Shown piece after piece: positions 1-9,153 of a stretch of 64,000 bases of DNA (its first letter is position 1; each line of letters opens with the position of its first letter). Location of the stretch: the NCBI GenBank assembly GCA_045533725.1, contig JAZSII010000034.1:2005-66004 (forward strand), written 5' to 3'. The DNA is from Acetatifactor sp. GTDB lineage: Bacteria > Bacillota > Clostridia > Lachnospirales > Lachnospiraceae. The position numbers and the translations under genes were made by a program. The notes below the pieces were generated by a model. That model searched no databases and was not told where the DNA came from. It worked only from the letters and a program-made list of their open reading frames with translations.

Positions 1-591
1 ATCAATCACTGCTCTGCCACGTTCATCAGATTTAATGGCACCGATACCACATGCTGACTTACAGGGTCTTTCCTTGTGGGTAATGGCATCATAAGGACAA
101 ATCGCCTTACATTTACCACATTTAATACATTTGTCCTGATCGATAACGGATTTGCCGTTTACAAAAGTAATCGCATCCTTAGGACAAACCTCCTGACAGG
201 GATGTGCTACACAACCCATGCAGGCATTGGTTACAAAATATTCATTCTCCGGGCAGGCATTACATGCCGAAGGTATTACCTGCATCAAAGGGGGTTCATA
301 ATATTTCTCATCAATATTACTTTCCTCTACGCCTTCTGTTAAATGTCCGGGACGATTACGATTCTCGGGACGAAGGCTCATACCCATAGCCAAACGGATA
401 CGTTCTCTGATAATTGCTCTGTCACGATAAACGCTTTCCCAGTATTCAGACTCTTCATAATCTACTAACTTATAAGGCAAGGCTTCCATATCATCCTTTA
501 AATTTGTTGAATTGTAAGCCAGATTTGCCACTTCACGAAACACCATTCGTCTTCGTTTACGAACCGGTGTATCAATTCCTCGCATGCTCAT
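1..591 (-). CDS. [FeFe]-hydrogenase-like protein (group B type) with N-terminal 4Fe-4S clusters; 5' part only, runs off the window
   Basis: Not in ORF track; hand translation from ATG at 591 (RBS GAAAGGAA): MSMRGIDTPVRKRRR...SACNACP...NACMGCVAHPCQEVCP...KCIKCGKCKAICPYDAI..RPCKSAC. H-cluster domain lies outside the window. Confidence 0.75.
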   Translation of the reverse strand, partial: MSMRGIDTPVRKRRRMVFREVANLAYNSTNLKDDMEALPYKLVDYEESEYWESVYRDRAIIRERIRLAMGMSLRPENRNRPGHLTEGVEESNIDEKYYEPPLMQVIPSACNACPENEYFVTNACMGCVAHPCQEVCPKDAITFVNGKSVIDQDKCIKCGKCKAICPYDAITHKERPCKSACGIGAIKSDERGRAVID

Positions 592-617
592 TACTATATT
601 TTCCTTTCGCCATTCAT

Positions 618-760
618 GAAGAATGCGCTCTGTGCATTCTTCCCAGACGAAACATAGTCTATCTAAGGCGCCGTACTTTAGTGTCATAGATGGACTTTTC
701 GTCAGATGAAACCTAGTTAATCTTAGCTGATGTTCTTTAGCAGCTTAGATTAACTTTTTA
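618..760 (+). other. Three consecutive stem-loops in the ppa-hydrogenase intergenic region (possible structured RNA or REP-like element)
   Basis: Inverted repeats 618-628/632-642, 646-670/681-703, 715-729/741-755; last is followed by a T-run on +. Confidence 0.5.
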
Positions 761-765
761 TCTTT

Positions 766-1317
766 TTACCAGCTTTTAATAAAAGTATTTATATAATTAT
801 CCAAACACTCCTTAATAATGCTAACCGCTTCTTCGCGATTTCCTTTTTCATTTACAGCTGTAGTTTTATTTTCCAATGATTTGTATATTGCAAAAAAATG
901 CTTCATTTCATCTACCACATGCGTAGGTAATTCATCAATATCATTGTAACAGTTATAATATGGATCATTAAAAGGGACTGCGATAATTTTCTCATCATTT
1001 TTGCCATTATCAAGCATCTTAATGACTCCAATAGGATACGCTCTTACAAGTGTCATTGGTTGAATTGATTCAGAACAAAGCAACAAGACATCTAACGGGT
1101 CACCGTCATCACCATATGTTCTCGGAATAAAACCATAGTTAGCCGGATAATGAGTTGACGTATGTAAAATACGATCCAAAAGTAAAAAACCGGTATCCTT
1201 GTCTAATTCATATTTATTTTTACTTCCCTTTGAAATTTCAATTACACAAATAAAATCTTCGGGTTTTACCCTCTTGGTACTCATTGTATGCCAAATATTT
1301 CCGTTAACCTGATCCAT
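766..1317 (-). CDS. ppa: Inorganic pyrophosphatase (family I)
   Basis: KYELDK, YPANYGFIPRT, DGDPLDV, DEKIIAVP motifs. Confidence 0.95.
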   Translation of the reverse strand: MDQVNGNIWHTMSTKRVKPEDFICVIEISKGSKNKYELDKDTGFLLLDRILHTSTHYPANYGFIPRTYGDDGDPLDVLLLCSESIQPMTLVRAYPIGVIKMLDNGKNDEKIIAVPFNDPYYNCYNDIDELPTHVVDEMKHFFAIYKSLENKTTAVNEKGNREEAVSIIKECLDNYINTFIKSW

Positions 1318-1444
1318 CCTGTATACCTACCCTTCGCATAATTTTACAAATTATCTTCTTAAGTATACCACCTTTAAATCACGTTTGCAAACTAATCTCA
1401 TAGTATAATAACAAAAGAATATTTATTTTGTGAAAGGAAATTGT

Positions 1445-1621
1445 ATGCAAAATTATCTTTATGAAAAAACATGCAATGAAAAGGTAATTGCCATGGCATA
1501 TGTCCCTTGGCAGGATTTTCATAAACTGTACGAAAATCCTGAAGAAGCATATTGTGAAGGAACTATCTTTATGGAATTAAACAAACCTTTTATGGGAAGG
1601 AGATGTGTAAATGGTAAATAA
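1445..1621 (+). CDS. cotJA: Spore coat-associated protein CotJA
   Basis: AMAYVPWQ...GTIFxELNKPF; first gene of cotJABC; start moved to MQNY after AAAGGA. Confidence 0.88.
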   Translation: MQNYLYEKTCNEKVIAMAYVPWQDFHKLYENPEEAYCEGTIFMELNKPFMGRRCVNGK

Positions 1622-1871
1622 AGAACAACAGCGTATGTTAAATGATATCGGCATTATTGATTTTACACTTGTTGACCTTATGCTTTATCTGGATACACAT
1701 CCTACAGACAAGGATGCAATCGACCATTTTAATCACTATACTAAAATCAAAAATAGAATGGTCAAAGAATTTTCCATGATGTACTATCCTCTAACTAAAG
1801 ATATGGCTGAATCAGTAACTGAATGGAGATGGGGTAATGCTCCCCTGCCATGGGAAGGAGGATGTAATTAA
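1611..1871 (+). CDS. cotJB: Spore coat protein CotJB
   Basis: DLMLYLDTHP and WxWxxxPLPWE motifs. Confidence 0.92.
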   Translation: MVNKEQQRMLNDIGIIDFTLVDLMLYLDTHPTDKDAIDHFNHYTKIKNRMVKEFSMMYYPLTKDMAESVTEWRWGNAPLPWEGGCN

Positions 1872-2476
1872 TGTGGAATTATGAAAAAAGATTACAGTTT
1901 CCGGTAAATATTAAGGAGCCTAATGCCAAATTGGCACAGGCAATTATTTCTCAGTATGGTGGTCCGGATGGTGAAATGGGTGCCAGCATGCGTTATCTCT
2001 CCCAGCGATATGCAACCCCATATAAAGAAGTTGCCGGTGTATTGACCGATATCGGTACTGAGGAACTTGCTCATTTGGAAATGGTTGCTGCTATCGTGCA
2101 TCAATTGACCAAGAATCTATCCATGGATGAAATTGAAAGAAGCGGTTTTGACAAATATTATATCGACCATACAGTTGGCATCTGGCCTCAGGCCGCAGGC
2201 GGTGTTCCTTTTAACGCAAATCAATTTCAGTCAAAGGGTGATATTATAACAGATTTGTTTGAAGATATGGCAGCTGAACAGAAAGCCAGAACCACTTATG
2301 ACAACATTCTTCGTTTGGTAAAGGATTATCCTGACGTATATGCTCCCATTAAATTCTTAAGAGCACGTGAGGTTGTTCATTTCCAACGTTTTGGCGAAGC
2401 GCTCCGCATTACTCAGGATCATCTGAATGACAAGAATTTCTATGCATTTAACCCGGGTTTTGATGCAAAATGCTAA
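1871..2476 (+). CDS. cotJC: Spore coat protein CotJC (Mn-catalase family)
   Basis: MWNYEKRLQFPV, QYGGPDGE, DIGTEELAHLE, REVVHFQRFGE. Confidence 0.95.
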   Translation: MWNYEKRLQFPVNIKEPNAKLAQAIISQYGGPDGEMGASMRYLSQRYATPYKEVAGVLTDIGTEELAHLEMVAAIVHQLTKNLSMDEIERSGFDKYYIDHTVGIWPQAAGGVPFNANQFQSKGDIITDLFEDMAAEQKARTTYDNILRLVKDYPDVYAPIKFLRAREVVHFQRFGEALRITQDHLNDKNFYAFNPGFDAKC

Positions 2477-2488
2477 ATCAGCTCACAA

Positions 2489-2518
2489 AAACGGACCATG
2501 TTTAAACATGGTCCGTTT
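2489..2518. terminator. Bidirectional intrinsic terminator between cotJC and dut
   Basis: Perfect palindrome AAACGGACCATGTTTAAACATGGTCCGTTT between convergent genes. Confidence 0.75.
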
Positions 2519-2543
2519 AAAAATTTATACGGTAATAAATATA

Positions 2544-3059
2544 TTATGCTTTGGTAGTGCTGCCAAAACCTCCGTTTCTTACACCCTGCGCATCATCATC
2601 CACTGTGATTCCGTACTCCAAAAAAATACCTTGCATAAAGCCCATGCCCGCTGAAATATCAACTGTTTTCCCCTCATTGGAATCATTTGTTATCTTCGCC
2701 ATAATATGACCTTCATTGTCGGAATAAAAATAGTCACTGTCTATAATTCCGACCGTATTATTTAGCTGAAGACGATATTTAAAACCAAGTCCGCTTCTGG
2801 GATATAATTTCAACACCCAGTCTTCGTCCATCTTCGCACGGATACCGGTAGGAATCTTAATGGTACTTCCCGCAGGAAGTGAAAACGCAAAAGGTGCATG
2901 AAAATCATAACCTGCGCTCCCCTTTGTTGCTCTGGTAGGCAATTCAATAGATTCATACATATCAGCTATATCCGCATCTGTATATTCGGGAAAATCATCT
3001 TTAATGGACTTCTTAAAGTTTTCAAGACTTACTTTATAAAACTGTGCAATTCTTTTCAT
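2544..3059 (-). CDS. dut: dUTP diphosphatase (trimeric)
   Basis: SAGYDF, PRSGLG, GIIDSDY, RNGGFGST motifs. Confidence 0.93.
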   Translation of the reverse strand: MKRIAQFYKVSLENFKKSIKDDFPEYTDADIADMYESIELPTRATKGSAGYDFHAPFAFSLPAGSTIKIPTGIRAKMDEDWVLKLYPRSGLGFKYRLQLNNTVGIIDSDYFYSDNEGHIMAKITNDSNEGKTVDISAGMGFMQGIFLEYGITVDDDAQGVRNGGFGSTTKA

Positions 3060-3078
3060 ATATATCTCCTAATTCATT

Positions 3079-3594
3079 TTACGAATAATCTCTGCAGTGT
3101 AACACAGGTACGGAAGGGTCTGTATTTTCCGGTGCCAAGGTTTTTCGCACATCAATTACACGTTGATTTTTGCTGCCTTTCCAAAGCAAATTCACATCAC
3201 GTTCTTCGATATGAAACTCTCCGTCCACCACTACGTCCACATACTGCATCATTGGATAATACATAATATTTTCCCATGAATCTCCTGTGTACAACCAAAT
3301 GGTTTTATTCGGAAACTTTTCTTTTATCTCAGCCATTAAAGCTCTCACAGACAAGCGATTGGCCGGATGCAAGGGATCACCTCCCGAAAAAGTAATACCT
3401 GCAATATAATCATGCTCTAACTGCTCGAAAATCTCTTCCTTTGCTGCCTCGTCAAATAAAAGGCCGCCATTCGGATCCCATGTTATAGGATTTTGACATT
3501 CCTTACAGCAATGGTTACAACCTGCCACCCAAAGAACTACGCGAAGTCCGTCACCATTTAGCATATCGTCCTTTGTAATATTGTGATATCTCAT
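3079..3594 (-). CDS. nrdG: Anaerobic ribonucleotide reductase activase
   Basis: NGDGLRVVLWVAGCxHxCxxC radical-SAM motif, GSKNQR; adjacent to nrdD. Confidence 0.95.
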   Translation of the reverse strand: MRYHNITKDDMLNGDGLRVVLWVAGCNHCCKECQNPITWDPNGGLLFDEAAKEEIFEQLEHDYIAGITFSGGDPLHPANRLSVRALMAEIKEKFPNKTIWLYTGDSWENIMYYPMMQYVDVVVDGEFHIEERDVNLLWKGSKNQRVIDVRKTLAPENTDPSVPVLHCRDYS

Positions 3595-3597
3595 AAC

Positions 3598-5778
3598 TTA
3601 CATGCTTTTCCTTTCTGCAATTTCTGCCATTTTGGCATCATTCAAGCGAGTATCCCCATGTACTCTGGAATAAGAAAGATATCCGTTCATACGATCAATT
3701 TTTGTAAGGTTACGGCTGCCGCATTTAGGACATTCGTCCATTTCCAATTCCTGATGTCCGCAATCATCACAATAAGCAAGAGATAAATTCACACCCTCAT
3801 AAAAACCTAAATCCATAGCACGACGAATCAAGGTCTTTACCGCATCAATATTATAATCAATGGGGTATTTAACATACTGAATCTTACCTCCATTACTTAA
3901 ATCCCAGAAACGATTCTCCAAATTCTGCTTTTGAATAGGTGTAATATCCTCTGAAACATGGCAATGGAAACTATTGCTTACATATTCTCTGTCTGATACT
4001 CCTTCGATAATTCCATATTTTTTACGGAATTGCTTCACTTGTAAGCCGCACAGATTCTCTGCAGGCGTGCCGTAAATTGCATATAAATTGCCGTCTTCTT
4101 CTTTAAATTCATTAATTTTGGCATTAATATGCTCCAAAACTTCTACTGCAAACTGTCCGTCTTCTACCAAGGATTTACCATTATAAAGCTCCTGCAATTC
4201 ATTCAATGCAGTAATACCAAAACTTGCGGTTGCTGCTTTAAGCAAAGGTTTAATCTTGTCGGTAAGCTTTAAATGTCCACCTAAGAAACCACCCTCGCAA
4301 TATGCCAAAGGATTAGTAGAAGCACGCATTTCACCTAAATATGCATAAGTTCTGATATGAAGCTGGCGAATTAAATTTAAATAATAATCCAGTACTTCAT
4401 AGAAATCACGACTTTCTTTTCTGGATTTTGCCAAAATCATGGGCAAATGAAGAGAAACCGCGCCAATATTAAAACGTCCCACAAAAATAGGGCTGTCATT
4501 TTCATCTGCCGGATGCATACCACCGCGACGATACCAAGGAGATAGGAAAGCTCTGCAACCCATAGGAGAAATGATTTCTCCGTACTGCTTATAAATACTT
4601 GCTACATACCCCTTGCCGGTAAGACTTAACCAGTCCGGATACATGGTTTTGGCAGAACACTGTACTCCGGCTTCAAACACATCTTCCAACGGTTTGCCCG
4701 GTCCGTGTAAGTTTTCATCATACAAAAATACAATCTTAGGGAACAGAACCGGCTTTTTACATTCTGACTTTCCCTGACCTCTTCTTCTTACATTTAGCAT
4801 GGAAATAGTGGCCTGTTTAGCAAATCTGCCGGTACCCGTACCTGCAGTTACAGTAATAAACGGATAATCACCACGGCTGCTGGCAACCGTATTGAATTTG
4901 TATTCCCAACCCTGGAAGCCCTGCTCGAAATCTCTTACCACATCCGCATATGCTTCTGCTTCGGCAGTGTCCTTATCAATGGCAAGGCGTAAATATTTAT
5001 CCACATATTTTTTATATGATTTTTCAGCATAAGGCTCCAAAATCAAATCCACGCTGGGCACTGTGAAACCACCGTATTGCTGACTTGCTGCGCTTAAAAC
5101 AATATCTCCGATAACATCAAATGCAACATCCAGGGACTTTGGTTCATTATACCAGATATTACCCATTTCAAAGCCACCGGACAAAACATTCTTTACATCA
5201 AACAAGCAACAATTCATGGTATCTCTTCTGGCTGACATATCATGGACATAAATATATCCATCACGACATGCCTGAATTTCTTCCGTTGTGAGGAAAAACT
5301 TCTGATAAAGTTCTTTATTAAACTGATTGAAAATCAAACTTCTCTTAGTTGATACCAGTGCAGAATCAGTATTGGCATTTTCTTTATCACCCACATACAT
5401 AATGGACTGACTCTTCATATATACATCATCGAGCATGCGCACAAAATCCTGCTTATAGTTACGATAATCACGATAACTCTTTGCTACAACAGGCTTCACC
5501 TGCTCCAAAGCGCTTTCCACAATATTATGCATTACAGGAATAGGAATCTCCTGTTTATTAATTTCATTTACTTTATCTACTACATATTGGCAAATCTGCT
5601 TTTTCTCATCTTCTGTAAATTCAGTCAAAGCACGATAAGCACTCTTTCCAACAGCGCTGATTACCTTCTGAACATTGAAAGCTTCTTTACTGCCATCTTT
5701 TTTTATAACATATACCTGCTTATTAGGTAAAAACATAGCTCCGTAATCTACACAATCTTTCTGATTAGGTTTGCACAT
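3598..5778 (-). CDS. nrdD: Class III anaerobic ribonucleoside-triphosphate reductase
   Basis: ATP cone (VIKKDG), PMGCR, TPAENL, CxxC..CxxC, RMNGYL glycyl-radical motif; start set at ATG after GGAGATGGA. Confidence 0.95.
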   Translation of the reverse strand: MCKPNQKDCVDYGAMFLPNKQVYVIKKDGSKEAFNVQKVISAVGKSAYRALTEFTEDEKKQICQYVVDKVNEINKQEIPIPVMHNIVESALEQVKPVVAKSYRDYRNYKQDFVRMLDDVYMKSQSIMYVGDKENANTDSALVSTKRSLIFNQFNKELYQKFFLTTEEIQACRDGYIYVHDMSARRDTMNCCLFDVKNVLSGGFEMGNIWYNEPKSLDVAFDVIGDIVLSAASQQYGGFTVPSVDLILEPYAEKSYKKYVDKYLRLAIDKDTAEAEAYADVVRDFEQGFQGWEYKFNTVASSRGDYPFITVTAGTGTGRFAKQATISMLNVRRRGQGKSECKKPVLFPKIVFLYDENLHGPGKPLEDVFEAGVQCSAKTMYPDWLSLTGKGYVASIYKQYGEIISPMGCRAFLSPWYRRGGMHPADENDSPIFVGRFNIGAVSLHLPMILAKSRKESRDFYEVLDYYLNLIRQLHIRTYAYLGEMRASTNPLAYCEGGFLGGHLKLTDKIKPLLKAATASFGITALNELQELYNGKSLVEDGQFAVEVLEHINAKINEFKEEDGNLYAIYGTPAENLCGLQVKQFRKKYGIIEGVSDREYVSNSFHCHVSEDITPIQKQNLENRFWDLSNGGKIQYVKYPIDYNIDAVKTLIRRAMDLGFYEGVNLSLAYCDDCGHQELEMDECPKCGSRNLTKIDRMNGYLSYSRVHGDTRLNDAKMAEIAERKSM

Positions 5779-5803
5779 AATTCCATCTCCCTCAACTAAT
5801 TCG

Positions 5804-5849
5804 CACAAGATATTGTGTCAAATAAACATTGAAATCAATATTTTGTATA
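5804..5849 (-). promoter_or_regulatory. Tandem NrdR boxes upstream of nrdD
   Basis: ACACAATATCTTGTG (5804-5818) and ATACAAAATATTGAT (5834-5848) on -, about three helical turns apart, fit acaCwAtATaTwGtg. Confidence 0.8.
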
Positions 5850-5896
5850 TTTTTTAGTATATGTAATGCATACATAAAAGTCAAGGAAGAACAGAA

Positions 5897-5934
5897 TAAA
5901 AAAAAGAAAAGAGCATTTGTACCAAAAATGCTCT
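5897..5934 (-). terminator. Intrinsic terminator after aminotransferase
   Basis: AGAGCATTT/AAATGCTCT stem followed by long T-run on -. Confidence 0.7.
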
Positions 5935-5948
5935 CCTCTTTTTGTATG

Positions 5949-7127
5949 TTATTTAAGAATATTACTTTCGTCTATTTTGCTGATTGCTTCTTCAATCACA
6001 CCAACGGGTAAGGTTAATGCAAATCGTACATATCCTTTACCAAGTTCACCAAAACTGCTTCCCGGTGTACACAACACGCCTGTTTTCTCCAACAGGGTCA
6101 TAACAAATTCAACATCATCCGTAAAGTTTGTCGGAATCCTCGTCCATGCAAACATAGTTCCCTGACTGCGCTCCATCTTCCATCCGATATTGGTCAATCC
6201 GTCACACAAAGCATTTCTACGTGCTTCGTACTCTTTACACTGCTCCTTCACAAAAGTATCCGGACCATTCAACGCTGCAATAGCACCATATTGAATGGGT
6301 AAGAAAATACCATAATCGATCTGTGAGCGTAACTTCTTAAAATTCTGTACAATATCTTTATTTCCAACCACAAAGCTTACACGGGCACCGGTGTAATTAA
6401 AGGATTTAGATAATGAATAAAACTCTACACCTACTTCTTTTGCACCTTCAAAAGAAAGAAAAGAACGTCCTACGTTTCCATCGTAAATAATATCTGAATA
6501 AGCATTATCATGTACAATAATAATATTATACTTCTTTGCCCAAGCAATCAATTCTTCATAAAATTCTGCCGGTGCAATTTTACATATAGGATTTAAAGGA
6601 TAAGAAACAATCATGAGTTTAGCTTGTTCTCCCCAATCTTCACCGATAGAATTTAAATCAGGCAAATAATTATTTTCTTCACGGAGTTCATAGGTAACAA
6701 GCTTTGCACCCGCAAGAGCCGGACCCACATCAAAAATGGGATAACCCGGATTCGGAATTAATACCACATCCCCTTCGTCTATCAAAGACAAACCAATATG
6801 TGCGATACCTTCCTGCGAACCATACACGCACATAATCTCTTCCGGCTGTAACCCGCTTACATGGTATCTGGTTTCATATTTTTTTATGACTGCTTCGGTC
6901 AATTCAGGCAAGTCTGCCAGAGCATATTTATAATTTTCCGGTTTTTCACACGCCTTTGCAACAGCCTCCATAATATGCTTTGCCGGCGGAAAATCCGGTG
7001 TACCCACACTGAAATTGTATACTTTTTTTCCGTTTGCCTCTACTTCTCTTTTCTTGTCATTTAATAACTGGAAAATACCTTCTCCAAAATGATTCATTCT
7101 TTTTGCAGGAATTATCTGCATAATCAT
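5949..7127 (-). CDS. PLP-dependent class I/II aminotransferase (LL-DAP aminotransferase-like)
   Basis: GSQEG, HDNAY, SLSKSFNYTGARV (PLP lysine), PGSSFG..GYVRFA. Confidence 0.85.
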   Translation of the reverse strand: MIMQIIPAKRMNHFGEGIFQLLNDKKREVEANGKKVYNFSVGTPDFPPAKHIMEAVAKACEKPENYKYALADLPELTEAVIKKYETRYHVSGLQPEEIMCVYGSQEGIAHIGLSLIDEGDVVLIPNPGYPIFDVGPALAGAKLVTYELREENNYLPDLNSIGEDWGEQAKLMIVSYPLNPICKIAPAEFYEELIAWAKKYNIIIVHDNAYSDIIYDGNVGRSFLSFEGAKEVGVEFYSLSKSFNYTGARVSFVVGNKDIVQNFKKLRSQIDYGIFLPIQYGAIAALNGPDTFVKEQCKEYEARRNALCDGLTNIGWKMERSQGTMFAWTRIPTNFTDDVEFVMTLLEKTGVLCTPGSSFGELGKGYVRFALTLPVGVIEEAISKIDESNILK

Positions 7128-7139
7128 AGCCTTCTTTCA

Positions 7140-8129
7140 TCATTTATATTCTTTCAACAGAGTCTCAAGCCACTCTGTATATTCTGCACGCACAGTTTCA
7201 GGAGCTTGAATTTGTATTTCCTTCCCCACTCCTGCCAGCCAACCAAAAAAGGGCGAACTGACCGCTACTTTTACACGGGCTTTCAGTTTATCTTTTATAG
7301 GTCTGATGGTAATCTCCTTTCCAAATCGGTCAATTACAACACCAATCAAATGAGAAGGAAATATCAACGAAACATCTTCCGTACGACCGCCAAACATACC
7401 AAAAGTCTGACTTGTATACTCTGTCGGTTTCCACTTTTTGTATTGATTTTCACCGGTTCTGTTTTCCTTTAAAACTTTGATCCCGGACATCTTGTCCACC
7501 CTGTAATGCTTGATTATACTTGCGGCTTCATCATATGCTATCAAATAATAATTCTCCTCATTACTGATAAGCATCCACGGACTTACAATATATTCTGCTC
7601 CATTTTTTCTGGGAATAAGCTGTTTTTTTTCATTCCACTCCAAGTATTGAAAGGATATCTGTTTATTTTCCTGAATAGCCTTATGTAATGCATCAATCAA
7701 ATAATAAATACTTTCGTTGTCCGCTTTTATTCTACCATTTACATACACCTGACGTTGTAATTGCTTCGCATCATGTTTACTGGTCAAACGCTCTAACTTT
7801 CGAATTAATTCAGCAGATTTTTTTTGCGTAATAAATCTTGTAGATTGGACAGCATCCACCAAAAATTTAAGTTCTGCCAATTCAAATTCACGGGATGCCA
7901 TATAATACCCGGCACCATTTCGATTCTCAGAAGATTGAATAATATCATATCCAAAATCCTGCAATTTGGCAATATCATCATAGATACTCTTGCGTTCAGC
8001 AGGAATACCGTACAACGCTAATTTTTGAATTAATTCTTTTGTACTGATAATATGATTCTCATCGGAATCTTCAGCGAGAATCTTAACAATATACAACAAT
8101 TTCAATTTCTGACCGCTGTTCTTTGCCAT
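7140..8129 (-). CDS. wHTH-WYL(-WCX) transcriptional regulator
   Basis: N-terminal ERKSIYDDI helix-turn-helix, SPW..NYYLIAYD...HYRVDKM. Confidence 0.88.
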   Translation of the reverse strand: MAKNSGQKLKLLYIVKILAEDSDENHIISTKELIQKLALYGIPAERKSIYDDIAKLQDFGYDIIQSSENRNGAGYYMASREFELAELKFLVDAVQSTRFITQKKSAELIRKLERLTSKHDAKQLQRQVYVNGRIKADNESIYYLIDALHKAIQENKQISFQYLEWNEKKQLIPRKNGAEYIVSPWMLISNEENYYLIAYDEAASIIKHYRVDKMSGIKVLKENRTGENQYKKWKPTEYTSQTFGMFGGRTEDVSLIFPSHLIGVVIDRFGKEITIRPIKDKLKARVKVAVSSPFFGWLAGVGKEIQIQAPETVRAEYTEWLETLLKEYK

Positions 8130-8131
8130 AA

Positions 8132-8851
8132 TTACCTCTTGTTATCAAAAATACCAAGTAGCTCATATATTTGGTGTAAATCTGTAATTTCATAATCCAC
8201 TGTATATCCGACAGGCAATTCTTTTTCCTTGGGGTTATACCAGCATGCTTTAATGCCAACGATATTAGCGCCCTTTATATCACTGGAAAGGGAATCTCCC
8301 ACTAACAAAATCTTACTTCTGTCTTTTTCTTCGATTTTTGACAGACAATACTCAAAAAAATCCGCCTGTGGTTTGGGTGCTCCAATCTCCTCTGATATAA
8401 ATAAATCGTTCATCACTTCTGCAAAACCCGAAAGCCCCAGCTTACTTCTTTGCGTGGAAGATACACCATTCGTTACAATGTATTGTTTTAATTTTGTCTG
8501 TAAAGCCTTACAGATGGTTAACGAATCATCCAAATAGGAATAAATATTACCAAGGCTTTTTTGATATTCTTCACGGAAATTCTGCACGGATACCTGTGGA
8601 TAATCCAATAATCCATACTCTGCAAAAAAATCCGCAAAACGTCCGTTTAAAACCTGTTCCTTGGTTACTTCGCCTTTTTCAAATCGCTTCCAATAGCTTT
8701 CGTTAATTTGAAAATAACGTACAATCATCTCTTCGGTAATTTCGAGTCCTAATGTATGAAATCCCTGTTTTAAAGCACCTCTGCACGAATAATCAAAATC
8801 TAAAAGAGTATTATCTACATCCCATAAAATCGTTGTAAACCTTCTGTTCAT
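8132..8851 (-). CDS. YjjG-family HAD nucleotidase
   Basis: WDVDNTLLDF, VTNG, KP, VGDSLSSDIKGA; start moved to MNRRF. Confidence 0.88.
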   Translation of the reverse strand: MNRRFTTILWDVDNTLLDFDYSCRGALKQGFHTLGLEITEEMIVRYFQINESYWKRFEKGEVTKEQVLNGRFADFFAEYGLLDYPQVSVQNFREEYQKSLGNIYSYLDDSLTICKALQTKLKQYIVTNGVSSTQRSKLGLSGFAEVMNDLFISEEIGAPKPQADFFEYCLSKIEEKDRSKILLVGDSLSSDIKGANIVGIKACWYNPKEKELPVGYTVDYEITDLHQIYELLGIFDNKR

Positions 8852-8916
8852 ATGTACATTTCTCCCACCTGTTAAGAAAGGCTGATGTATTTTCATACAA
8901 CAGCCTTCGCTAATTA

Positions 8917-9090
8917 TTACACATTATTATCAGATTCATTGGCAATTGCTGGTGTAGGCACCTCTTCTGCAAGCTTTTTGTTTTTTCTCTTTCTGAGAAG
9001 CAGACCAATGGTAAAACCAATTGCTGCAACTACTACAATAATAAACATCAGCAATAAATATGAACAAAATGTACTTAAAAATTCCCACAT
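8917..9090 (-). CDS. Small single-pass membrane protein, unknown function
   Basis: RBS GAAAGGA; hydrophobic helix followed by RKRKNKK; co-oriented and fills the gap. Confidence 0.65.
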   Translation of the reverse strand: MWEFLSTFCSYLLLMFIIVVVAAIGFTIGLLLRKRKNKKLAEEVPTPAIANESDNNV

Positions 9091-9153
9091 AATGCATTGT
9101 CCTTTCTCTATACAAATCATTATCACTTATTATGCATCAATTCTAACATAACG

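Noticed and set aside
76-689. Plus-strand ORFs 76-342, 204-389, 414-689 and the many other short antisense ORFs in the track
   Set aside because: Shadows of well-supported opposite-strand genes, with no motifs or RBS.
612-730. Hammerhead ribozyme (GACGAAAC and CTGATG present)
   Set aside because: No CUGANGA core in the right position relative to stem II and GAAA.
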